Shown piece after piece: positions 1 through 7,619 of a DNA stretch of 64,000 bases. The notes under the pieces are model-generated. The model worked only from the letters and a program-made list of their open reading frames with translations, had not been told where the DNA came from and searched no databases. Each line of letters starts with the position of its first letter. Positions within the stretch are counted from its first letter, which is position 1. A program made the translations under genes and the position numbers. The stretch comes from Nitrospirota bacterium (GTDB taxonomy: Bacteria; Nitrospirota; Thermodesulfovibrionia; Thermodesulfovibrionales; Dissulfurispiraceae): contig CAWBMP010000004.1 of NCBI GenBank assembly GCA_963790025.1, forward strand, positions 288,001 to 352,000. The letters run 5' to 3'.

Positions 1-2829
1 CTCTGAAATACTTCCTTCAGGAAATCCGGCTATTGTAACTCTTCCATCTGCCTCCTTCAGCAGGACCATCATTTTGGGACTGACCGCGCCATACTCCGGT
101 TTAGGATAAACAAGGTAATTCGCGATGTCCTTATCAACATCAAAGTCGTTCAGTACAATGGTGTAGTCAAGGCCATTTCTTCTGAACGTCCTTTTGGGAA
201 TACCTGAACCGTAGGCGATATGTCCGCCGCCAGCTAGAACGACCATCTGGCCGTCTTTCCGAAAATCCGGGTTGTTGTTAAGAAAGTCATCAATCGCTTG
301 TGACATCGATTCATCCCAGAGTATTTGCGACTGGTAAAAAAAGTCAAATTTCATCCCATTTGCGCCGCTGTGTTTTTGGAAGACCTCATGCAGCCTCTCC
401 CTGTAGTCCTCATCAGAGAAATCCATTTGTGAAGGGATTACCCTTTTCTCCTCTTCAGAAAGTGAATCGATGCCCGCCTTTGAGACCTTATCCGTGATCT
501 CACGCTTCAAGTTAAGCGCAATTACAGGTATTCTTTCATCCCGTGCAAAGGTCAGGACCGGCCGATAAAGGTTATAGTCAAAACCCCACCTGCTAAAATA
601 TTCCGTGCCTTTCAGCATAGTCCTTTCATCGATAGTACCAGCTATATACTCGTCAAGCACTTTCTGGAAAGGCCTTTGAAACATCTCCATACCGATCGCT
701 GTGTTCTTATTTTTCCGATGCAGGGCCTTTATTACCTCCAGTTCCACAGTGTGATTTGAAAAGCGGTCATGGAACTCTCCCACATATACGATCTTCTTGC
801 CGGAAATACCCGGTATCACTTCGGCGAACGGTTTAACAGTTGAAACGTCAACGGCAAAAGTCTGATCTTTTTGCTCCACATTTATACCTCTTTCGGTTTC
901 TTCAACTTTTTTGAAAACATTCCTACCCTTGTCGAAAAGCAGAATGCTGTATTTGCCGTAGTGGAATATCTTCCCGAATGCCGCATCTACTTCCTCCCGG
1001 GATTTACCATCTATAATGCCAACCACATTGCGGCTGTTCCAGGGATTATGTCTGACCGTTACACTGAAACCCGCATCGGTCTTAATCTTTCCATAAAGCC
1101 GTTCAGCAACGTGGTTATCGTTGCCGAGAACAATCAGAGTCGTGAATTTCATATCGCTGTCCCTGATTTCGGAAGGCAGTTTTTCCACCCCTCCTTTTTC
1201 CCTGAAAGCCCTGATGACGGTGCTGTAAATTTCCTGATTTTTTACGGGAAGGACCATCACCGGTTTTTCAGCACCTATCATTCCCGCAACGACAGGGGGC
1301 AGTTCTTTCGTATCAAGCCTGCGGGCAACATCATACCTTTCGTCTATAACGACCTTTTCAGGCATGGCGCTCAGAGCGAGAGTGACAGGCGTTTTGATCT
1401 TATCGACGTGAACACTAAAGTGTTCCTCTTTGCCGCCGGGATAAAAAACCTCCAAAGGAAGTTCCAGTGTATACATCCCTGATTTCTGTTCTATGGTGAA
1501 CGAGGCTTCGTATTTGGAGCCATTGGGCTTCATATCAAATGCTTCGATGAAAAAGTCCGGTATCCCGGTGCCATCAACCCACTGCCTGAAAAACCATCCC
1601 CAGTCCTTTACGGAGTCTTTCTCAAAAATGCGCCTTATATCGTCCCATGAGGTCCTCTGAAAACGCCTCTCCCGCACAAGGTCCCGGAGCGCGTGGTTAA
1701 ATGCATCATCTCCCATTGCGCGCCGGAGCATATGGAAAACCATTGCAGCCTTTCCATAGCCGATCGCCTTCGACGAAAAATCGCTTCTTCCGATAAAATC
1801 CTTAAGAGGGAATTCGTTTGTTGGGTTTACGTAACTCTGATAATCTATCAGGATCTGCTTTCTGTATTCCCATCCCTTCCCTTTCTGCTCCTCATAAAGG
1901 TGATCTGCAAGATATGAAGTAAGCCCCTCGGCCCAGTTGCCTTTCTCATAATCAATATAAACGAGATTGCCCAACCATTGGTGCAGTATCTCATGTCCGA
2001 GCGAGGTCTCTACGATAAACGGAAGACGCACCACTTCCCGGCCAAGCAGCGTATAGGTAGGCATGGAATAGCCCGAGGAGAGAAAGTTCTCGACAATCGA
2101 GAACCGTTTGTAAGGAAATTTGCCGAGCATATCCTCATAAAGCCTGATGTATTTTTTTGCATGTTCGATGTAAGTACCGGCAAGAGACCGGTCTTCCCGG
2201 AAAAAATACGCATAGAGGTCGATTCCGTTTACAGTGTCCCTGACCTCAGCGTATTCCCTTGAGGCAATAAAGTTTATCCCTCCAACCGGGTGCGGAAAAT
2301 CGAAAGCGAATACAGCCGTTCCATTAATTACGGATTTCCTGATTTCCTCTGCCTCGGACAGGGCCGTGAAGCCTTCCGGCAGGGTCGCCCTCACGTCGTA
2401 AATACATAGATTGTTAATCAGGGGATACCATAATTCAGTAAGGGATATCCCCCTTTCATCAATAGTATTAGTGACCACTCCATAGTTGCTGTCGTGCCCT
2501 TCCCGCCCGCCTTTAAAAACACCCTCGTACACGATGACGATGTTGCCGTCACCAGCAGGGTAGAGCTTTAGAATGCCGTCACGCGCAGCCGCCTCGATCT
2601 TATTCCGACCGTTCCGGACCTCTTTAATTATCAGGTCCCCTGTGCGTATTACAAGTTCTTTGTGGGCAGGAGCATTAATAGTTGCAGTACCCAGAATCTT
2701 TGACTGGGAAATATCGAAGGAGACATCGAGTGAATATTCAGGATACTTCGGCGCTGATCGTTCAACAGCCTCCGACGTATGAGGGACCAGGAGAAACATT
2801 AAAACAGCTGCAAGCAGCAATCGTATCAT
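1..2829 (-). CDS. Exported M1-family zinc aminopeptidase fused to a ChaN (DUF399) domain and the start of a PDZ domain; 3' end runs off the window
   Basis: Not in the ORF track (no stop in window). Manual translation from ATG 2829: signal peptide MIRLLLAAVLMFLLVPHTSEA; gluzincin motif GHEILHQW...WAEGLT (~2010-1920); ChaN-type KIVYVGEFHD...IGMEMFQRPFQ...RWGFDYNLYRP (~795-560); PDZ-like GRVTIAGFPEGSISE at the edge. The spot-checked motifs are all in one frame. Confidence 0.9.
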   Translation of the reverse strand, partial: MIRLLLAAVLMFLLVPHTSEAVERSAPKYPEYSLDVSFDISQSKILGTATINAPAHKELVIRTGDLIIKEVRNGRNKIEAAARDGILKLYPAGDGNIVIVYEGVFKGGREGHDSNYGVVTNTIDERGISLTELWYPLINNLCIYDVRATLPEGFTALSEAEEIRKSVINGTAVFAFDFPHPVGGINFIASREYAEVRDTVNGIDLYAYFFREDRSLAGTYIEHAKKYIRLYEDMLGKFPYKRFSIVENFLSSGYSMPTYTLLGREVVRLPFIVETSLGHEILHQWLGNLVYIDYEKGNWAEGLTSYLADHLYEEQKGKGWEYRKQILIDYQSYVNPTNEFPLKDFIGRSDFSSKAIGYGKAAMVFHMLRRAMGDDAFNHALRDLVRERRFQRTSWDDIRRIFEKDSVKDWGWFFRQWVDGTGIPDFFIEAFDMKPNGSKYEASFTIEQKSGMYTLELPLEVFYPGGKEEHFSVHVDKIKTPVTLALSAMPEKVVIDERYDVARRLDTKELPPVVAGMIGAEKPVMVLPVKNQEIYSTVIRAFREKGGVEKLPSEIRDSDMKFTTLIVLGNDNHVAERLYGKIKTDAGFSVTVRHNPWNSRNVVGIIDGKSREEVDAAFGKIFHYGKYSILLFDKGRNVFKKVEETERGINVEQKDQTFAVDVSTVKPFAEVIPGISGKKIVYVGEFHDRFSNHTVELEVIKALHRKNKNTAIGMEMFQRPFQKVLDEYIAGTIDERTMLKGTEYFSRWGFDYNLYRPVLTFARDERIPVIALNLKREITDKVSKAGIDSLSEEEKRVIPSQMDFSDEDYRERLHEVFQKHSGANGMKFDFFYQSQILWDESMSQAIDDFLNNNPDFRKDGQMVVLAGGGHIAYGSGIPKRTFRRNGLDYTIVLNDFDVDKDIANYLVYPKPEYGAVSPKMMVLLKEADGRVTIAGFPEGSISE

Positions 2830-2915
2830 AATTACAATTATATACTATTTGCAGGCAGGCAGTTTTCCCTGGTCTGATATATAATTAAAGTAATTAAAAA
2901 GTGAGAGGTGATACG

Positions 2916-4034
2916 ATGTCAAAGGTCTTTTTTGCTACCGCACGTGTGGGAAAGTGGCGATACCGGGACAGTATGCCCGGAAAGCTGGAGCATCTTCTGC
3001 AGGAAGTCCGGCTTGCCGCCTACTTCGAGCCCGATGAATGGGTGGCAGTAAAAACGCATTTCGGCTCTGAAGGCGCTCACCGTGTCGTAAGGCCGGTATT
3101 TCTGGCAAAGGTCGTGGAATCACTCAAGGCTCTCAGGGCCAAACCATTCGTAACCGATACCGTAAGAATAAAGGGCCTGGACTACCTTGAAGTGGCCAAC
3201 AGAAACGGGATCAATCACCTTTCGGTCGGGGCCCCTGTCGTTATTGCCGATGGGCTTTATGGAAATGACAACATTATGGTAAAGGCAGGAGAAATACTGG
3301 GAGACATTGCCGTTGCATCTCTCATATATGATGTCCCGGCGATGGTAGTGTGCTCCCATGTGAAGGGGCATATCAATGCGGGATATGCAGGGGCCATAAA
3401 GAACATCGCAATGGGTGCTGTAAGCAGCAGCCATCGCCACTGCGGCTGGAAATGCGGACGCGGAGCCATGCACACAATAGGAGAGGGAAAGCTGGTGTGG
3501 GACGGCGATAAGTGCACCTTATGCTACCAATGTGAAGAGGTCTGTCCTCTGGATTGCATCGAATTTAAAGACAATATCCTCACCTACGATAACGAACGAT
3601 GCTGGCGTTGCGGCAGATGCACGAGGGTCTGTCCTGAAGGAGGACTGACACTTCCCGGCGATGATCAGCTTTTCATGAAATCGCTGGCCGAGTCGACTAA
3701 GGCGGTACTCGGCACATTCAAACCCAATAAAATCATCTATATAAATTTCCTCACCGAGATCCAGCCGGAGTGCGATTGCATGCCCGCGGCAGAGGTCCCC
3801 GTGATACAAGACCTGGGTATCCTTCTGTCCGATGATATTGTTGCTATCGAGCAGGCTTCCATTGATATGCTGATGAAAGCCAAACCACTGCCCTCATCGA
3901 TCGCTGATAGCGCAGAGATCAGGGACGGAGATGATATATTGCTAAAGCTCCACGATAAGCCATATATCATTCAGGTCGAAGAAGCTGAGCGGCTGGGGCT
4001 TGGGAGCAGGGATTATGAGTTGATCGAATTATAA
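2916..4034 (+). CDS. DUF362-domain protein with 2x[4Fe-4S] ferredoxin insert
   Basis: VAVKTHFG, SHVKGH...GAIKNIAMG, CxxCxxCxxxCP twice, PECDC; start moved to ATG 2916 after GAGGTG. Confidence 0.9.
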   Translation: MSKVFFATARVGKWRYRDSMPGKLEHLLQEVRLAAYFEPDEWVAVKTHFGSEGAHRVVRPVFLAKVVESLKALRAKPFVTDTVRIKGLDYLEVANRNGINHLSVGAPVVIADGLYGNDNIMVKAGEILGDIAVASLIYDVPAMVVCSHVKGHINAGYAGAIKNIAMGAVSSSHRHCGWKCGRGAMHTIGEGKLVWDGDKCTLCYQCEEVCPLDCIEFKDNILTYDNERCWRCGRCTRVCPEGGLTLPGDDQLFMKSLAESTKAVLGTFKPNKIIYINFLTEIQPECDCMPAAEVPVIQDLGILLSDDIVAIEQASIDMLMKAKPLPSSIADSAEIRDGDDILLKLHDKPYIIQVEEAERLGLGSRDYELIEL

Positions 4035-5270
4035 AACGAGAAAAGCGCACTTGAGATATTCGGTCTCGGGCATTGAGAGCAGGACAGGATGGTCCCGCCC
4101 TTGCGAACGCAGTTCCAAAACCCTTGCATTCCTTCCGGCATCCTTTGCCGCATGCTGCAGCATCTCAAAAAAGGCAGTTCTATCGACATGATGTGAGCAG
4201 GAGGATGTGGCAATGAGGCCGCCCTCCCCGATAATGCTCATGGCCATGGCATTTATCTCGCGGTATCCCCTCAGACCTTCTTTGAGCTTTGCCTTGCTTT
4301 TGACAAAGGCCGGGGGATCCAGAACAAGAAAATCATAAAGATGGCCTGAAGTAACCTCTCTCTTCAGGAAATTAAATACGTCCGCCTTCACAAATTCGCA
4401 TTTATCGGAAAGCCCATTCAGTCCGGCATTTCTCTTTGTCTGCTTAATTGCCGCCTCAGAGCTGTCAACAAAAGTAACATGGGCCCCCTTCCTGGCAAGG
4501 TGCAAGCCCCAGGCGCCGGAATAGCAGAAAAGGTCCAAACCCCTCCCGCCCCCACCTCGGATGGTCTGGCGACTTTCGGCTTGCAAACCCCTACTTCTGG
4601 CGGGGACCCCGTTACTGACAAGCCTGCTGAAGGCTATCCTGTTCTCTCTCTGGTCAAGAAAAAACCCGGTTTTTTGCCCTGAAAGCGGTTCCATCTCACT
4701 ATGAATGTCTTCCTCTGTAATCGACACAAAATCGCCGGGAGTGCCTTTAATCATGATCTTTTCGAGCGGGAGCCCCTCCAGCGTCCTGTTATGATTGTCA
4801 TTCTTCATAACAACCATTTCCGGTGACAGCATTTCATCAAGCAGCCCCAGCAAAAGGTCCCTATGCCGTTCCATGCCGGCAGTCAAAATCTGTACAACGA
4901 GACAGCCGGCATACCTGTCGACAATCAGGCCGGGGAGAAAGTCGCCCTCACTATAAACGAGTCGGCAGGAAGCGGATGAATCGGAACCGGGGGGCAAGAA
5001 ACGCTTTCTGTATAGCAGGGCATCCGAAATCCGGCCCCTGAAAAAATCGGCATTGATCTCCTCTCTCTGCCGCGTAAGCAGCCTGACAGCGATCAGAGAG
5101 TTCGGATTAATATACCCTATTCCAATAAACGCCTCTTGATTATCGTAAACTTCGACGAGGCTCCCTGGCTCGTGGCTGCGGGGACTCGATGACAGCTCAT
5201 TTGAAAAGATCCAGAGATGACCGGACAAAACCCTGCTTGTGCGTTTTAAGAAAATCTTCTCCATAGGCAT
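4029..5270 (-). CDS. rlmI: RlmI/RlmK-family 23S rRNA SAM-dependent methyltransferase (carries an in-frame repeat insertion)
   Basis: PUA-like GHLWIFSNE, SEGDFLPGLIVDRY, GQKTGFFLDQRENR, LDLFCYSG, LDPPAF, SSCSHH, PETEYLK. Confidence 0.9.
   Translation of the reverse strand: MPMEKIFLKRTSRVLSGHLWIFSNELSSSPRSHEPGSLVEVYDNQEAFIGIGYINPNSLIAVRLLTRQREEINADFFRGRISDALLYRKRFLPPGSDSSASCRLVYSEGDFLPGLIVDRYAGCLVVQILTAGMERHRDLLLGLLDEMLSPEMVVMKNDNHNRTLEGLPLEKIMIKGTPGDFVSITEEDIHSEMEPLSGQKTGFFLDQRENRIAFSRLVSNGVPARSRGLQAESRQTIRGGGGRGLDLFCYSGAWGLHLARKGAHVTFVDSSEAAIKQTKRNAGLNGLSDKCEFVKADVFNFLKREVTSGHLYDFLVLDPPAFVKSKAKLKEGLRGYREINAMAMSIIGEGGLIATSSCSHHVDRTAFFEMLQHAAKDAGRNARVLELRSQGRDHPVLLSMPETEYLKCAFLVL
4553..4611 (-). 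repeat. CGGGGTCCCC...GGTG dispersed element, copy inside rlmI
   Basis: Minus strand cggggtccccgccagaagtaggggtttgcaagccgaaagtcgc matches 34510-34552 at 35/43 nt by manual alignment. Confidence 0.8.
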
Positions 5271-6157
5271 ACTACAATCTTCCTTCCTGCTTCAGCCTGC
5301 CTATGATCTCCCTTATTCTGGGCAGAGATTCCAGCGCAGCCTTTCTCTCCTTCAAGAATGGCCTCATGGCGCTTATCAAAGTCGCTCGAGCCGATACGTC
5401 CTACTTTCGGCCTTATGACTACATCGGCCTTCGAAAGCTGAACATATGATATCTTTGAGTACATAATATTGACAGACTGAAGGATCGTGTCTATGGTGCC
5501 TTCCGGCAAGATAGTATCGAGATCGGAAGAGATATCCACCGCTATAACAATATCGGCGCCCATTTTTTTCGCGGCATCCACGGCAACGGGGCTAACTACC
5601 CCGCCATCAACATACATCTGGCCATCTATCTTCACCGGCCTGAATATGCCGGGTATCGTGCAGCTGGCCCTCACCGCGGTGCCTGTATTTCCACTGCCGA
5701 AGATCGTCTCCTGCCCGCTCTGAATGTTTGTGGCGACAGCATAAAAAGGTATCCGCAGCTTCTCGATAGGGGTATTCCTGACCATTTTGTTGACATATGT
5801 CTCAAGCAGTTCGCCTTTAATAAAGCCATTATCGGGAAAAGAGAGATCGGCAATGTCGGTCTTCTGCAGCCCTATTGCAATTTTCTGGAGCTGGAAGGCA
5901 TTAAAGCCGTACGCGTACAGACTGCCCACAAAACTGCCCGCACTGGTACCCACGATCATCTGAATGGGTATATTATTGGACTCAAGCACCTTGAGCACAC
6001 CTATATGGGCAAAGCCCCTTGATGCCCCAGCCCCGAGCACGACAGCCACCTTTGCCGGTTTCTGCTGCGGCTGGACAACCCCCTCCCTGGTAGGAGCACA
6101 GGACACTATGTTAAGCATCAAAACAAAAAGAATAACAACTATTCTCTTGAACTGCAT
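5246..6157 (-). CDS. Patatin-like phospholipase, lipoprotein; probable +1 frameshift near the 3' end (natural stop likely 5272)
   Basis: GAGASRG, GTSAG, DGG motifs; lipobox-like IVSC; AGGAGG before ATG 6157; alternative frame after 5343 reads KAALESLPRIREIIGRLKQEGRL-stop. Confidence 0.9.
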   Translation of the reverse strand: MQFKRIVVILFVLMLNIVSCAPTREGVVQPQQKPAKVAVVLGAGASRGFAHIGVLKVLESNNIPIQMIVGTSAGSFVGSLYAYGFNAFQLQKIAIGLQKTDIADLSFPDNGFIKGELLETYVNKMVRNTPIEKLRIPFYAVATNIQSGQETIFGSGNTGTAVRASCTIPGIFRPVKIDGQMYVDGGVVSPVAVDAAKKMGADIVIAVDISSDLDTILPEGTIDTILQSVNIMYSKISYVQLSKADVVIRPKVGRIGSSDFDKRHEAILEGEKGCAGISAQNKGDHRQAEAGRKIVVCLWRRFS

Positions 6158-6169
6158 ACATTTCCTCCT

Positions 6170-6268
6170 GAACATAACCCTTGTCCCAAGCACTCAAATC
6201 GCTTATGAGTTGCGTGTTGAGTGCCCGGCGATAATAATCGCTTTTGTCTTATTCGCAGAGTTATATTC
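6170..6268 (-). promoter_or_regulatory. Candidate structured 5' leader (three-stem junction) directly upstream of the patatin RBS
   Basis: GAAUAUAACUCU/AGGGUUAUGUUC closing stem, GCGAU-UAUU-AUCGC hairpin, CGGGCACUCAA/UUGAGUGCUUG hairpin; mismatches are G-U on the minus strand. Confidence 0.45.
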
Positions 6269-6402
6269 TATATTACTTCGTCTAAAAGCATCCAGCAATT
6301 CAACGAATTCAATAATTCATAATGAACATCCGATAATAAAAATAAAAGATCTACGGCAAAAACATCTGTTTTTCGCACGCTGATGGTAACAGGGAGGGGA
6401 CC

Positions 6403-6960
6403 ATGGGCCAGGTAATTCCACTACGGGACAAAAATAATATAAAAGCGGCATTCGAAGGCGATTTCACCAATATGCTTAAAGATGTGGCCGAGGTCAAAAG
6501 GGAGGCACTGGGTACGGAAGACAACAACATCTTTCACCTGAACGTGAGTTTCGAGGACTTGTTCAAGGCCAAAATAGGCTCATTTATTATAGACCACAGG
6601 CTTATGAATGCGGACCTGTTTCGCTGCAGCCTTTATGTGGCCCATGTCCTAGGTGAAACCCTTTCAAAAAAAATAACAAGCTTTTACATAACAGATTATT
6701 TGATCCGGGGTATCGAAGAGGAAGCGCCGGATATTTTAAAAGAAGGCGCCGACCTTTGTTGCATCCTCTGCATTTTTTTTGAAGAAAGGCGCAATTGGAG
6801 AATGACGCGTGCAGGGGATTATGTAAAAATGGGCATTCGACTGTATTCACTCTACTATTCAATGACACAGAAATTGATAGGATGGTGCATGAGCAGGAAT
6901 TTTGAAAATATTACCTCTATAACAAGAAGGTGCGTAGAGGATTTTGAGAGAAAGGGATAA
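6403..6960 (+). CDS. Hypothetical protein (185 aa, predicted helical)
   Basis: Strong RBS GGGAGGGG before ATG; long ORF in AT-rich DNA with no competing frame. Confidence 0.8.
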   Translation: MGQVIPLRDKNNIKAAFEGDFTNMLKDVAEVKREALGTEDNNIFHLNVSFEDLFKAKIGSFIIDHRLMNADLFRCSLYVAHVLGETLSKKITSFYITDYLIRGIEEEAPDILKEGADLCCILCIFFEERRNWRMTRAGDYVKMGIRLYSLYYSMTQKLIGWCMSRNFENITSITRRCVEDFERKG

Positions 6961-7012
6961 CTTGATATCCTTTATTGAGTCAAGTATAGACTAATGTTTT
7001 GGTAGAAAGCCT

Positions 7013-7050
7013 GACAAAGCTAAACCCTTTGCAAAAGGGGGGCGGAAAGC
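7013..7050 (+). ncRNA. Partial GEMM (c-di-GMP-I/cGAMP) riboswitch-like segment, 5' half only
   Basis: GACAAAGCTAAACC-CTTT-GCAA-AAGG-GGGGCGGAAAGC resembles the GEMM P2 stem with GNRA loop and GGAAAGC; no recognisable P3 follows. Confidence 0.45.
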
Positions 7051-7081
7051 GGGTAAAATATTTTGGGGAAAACATTTTGGT

Positions 7082-7110
7082 TTGACGTTAATGCCAAAGT
7101 GTCATATAAT
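7082..7110 (+). promoter_or_regulatory. Sigma70-type promoter for the candidate ncRNA
   Basis: TTGACG (7082-7087), 17 bp, TATAAT (7105-7110). Confidence 0.85.
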
Positions 7111-7115
7111 TAAAT

Positions 7116-7350
7116 TAGAGAGAGAGAATTTTCTCTAATTCTTTCTCCATGTATGGGTGTTTGATACGGGAGAAAGACGCCCCGAAAGGGGGAGAGAGGG
7201 CTGTAGAAGACAGCCCGTGGTTAGCTGACGGGAAGTACATTTCAGCAACTTATGGTATATCCGCCGGCCAGCCGAAGAGGTTACCGGAAGTTTCCGGCGA
7301 CCTTTAAAAAACGAGGTAGAAGGCTTAAGTGCCCTCTACCTTTTGTTTTT
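7116..7350 (+). ncRNA. Candidate stand-alone structured ncRNA (~235 nt, six hairpins plus terminator), family not recognised
   Basis: Bounded by promoter and intrinsic terminator; consecutive hairpins 7113-7140, 7140-7177, 7180-7191 (CCCC-GAAA-GGGG), 7198-7216, 7219-7273, 7275-7305; locally GC-rich within AT-rich flanks. Confidence 0.65.
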
Positions 7351-7353
7351 TTT
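7314..7353 (+). terminator. Intrinsic terminator
   Basis: AGGTAGAAGGC-ttaagt-GCCCTCTACCT followed by TTTGTTTTTTTT. Confidence 0.85.
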
Positions 7354-7370
7354 GGGGAGCGAATTGCCAG

Positions 7371-7399
7371 TTGCAAATATTAGAATATTGGCATATATT
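7371..7399 (+). promoter_or_regulatory. Possible sigma70 promoter for the 7620 gene
   Basis: TTGCAA, 17 bp, TATATT. Confidence 0.55.
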
Positions 7400-7434
7400 A
7401 TAGTTAGTAGCATGGGTATAAAAAGAGAACTTGA

Positions 7435-7597
7435 AGTACTACAGTCCATAAATACGGTGTAGCACCGAGAACTTCGATGCGCCGCGCCAGCGAGGCGCAG
7501 GACTGAGGCGTACCACTTGGTACGGCGAGGGACTGCAACAAAGCTGGAACTGATTCAGCGGCGATCGAATGAAACCGTATTTATGAACTGTAGTACT
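7435..7597. mobile_element. MITE-like element (163 bp) with 24-bp terminal inverted repeats
   Basis: AGTACTACAGTCCATAAATACGGT ... ACCGTATTTATGAACTGTAGTACT (1 mismatch); GC-rich core with TGAGGCGTAC-N6-GTACGGCG; no ORF. Confidence 0.8.
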
Positions 7598-7619
7598 AAA
7601 TATCAGGGAGGTGACTTAC

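Noticed and set aside
7149..7307. 52-codon ORF inside the candidate RNA as a CDS
   Set aside because: No Shine-Dalgarno (preceded by ctttctcc), start lies within a stem, no recognisable motif; kept only as an alternative hypothesis.
7116..7350. Assignment of the candidate RNA as 6S, SRP, tmRNA or CsrB/RsmZ-type
   Set aside because: Not a single rod with a central bubble, no SRP helix-8 motif, no tRNA-like ends; only about four GGA motifs, mostly paired rather than in loops.
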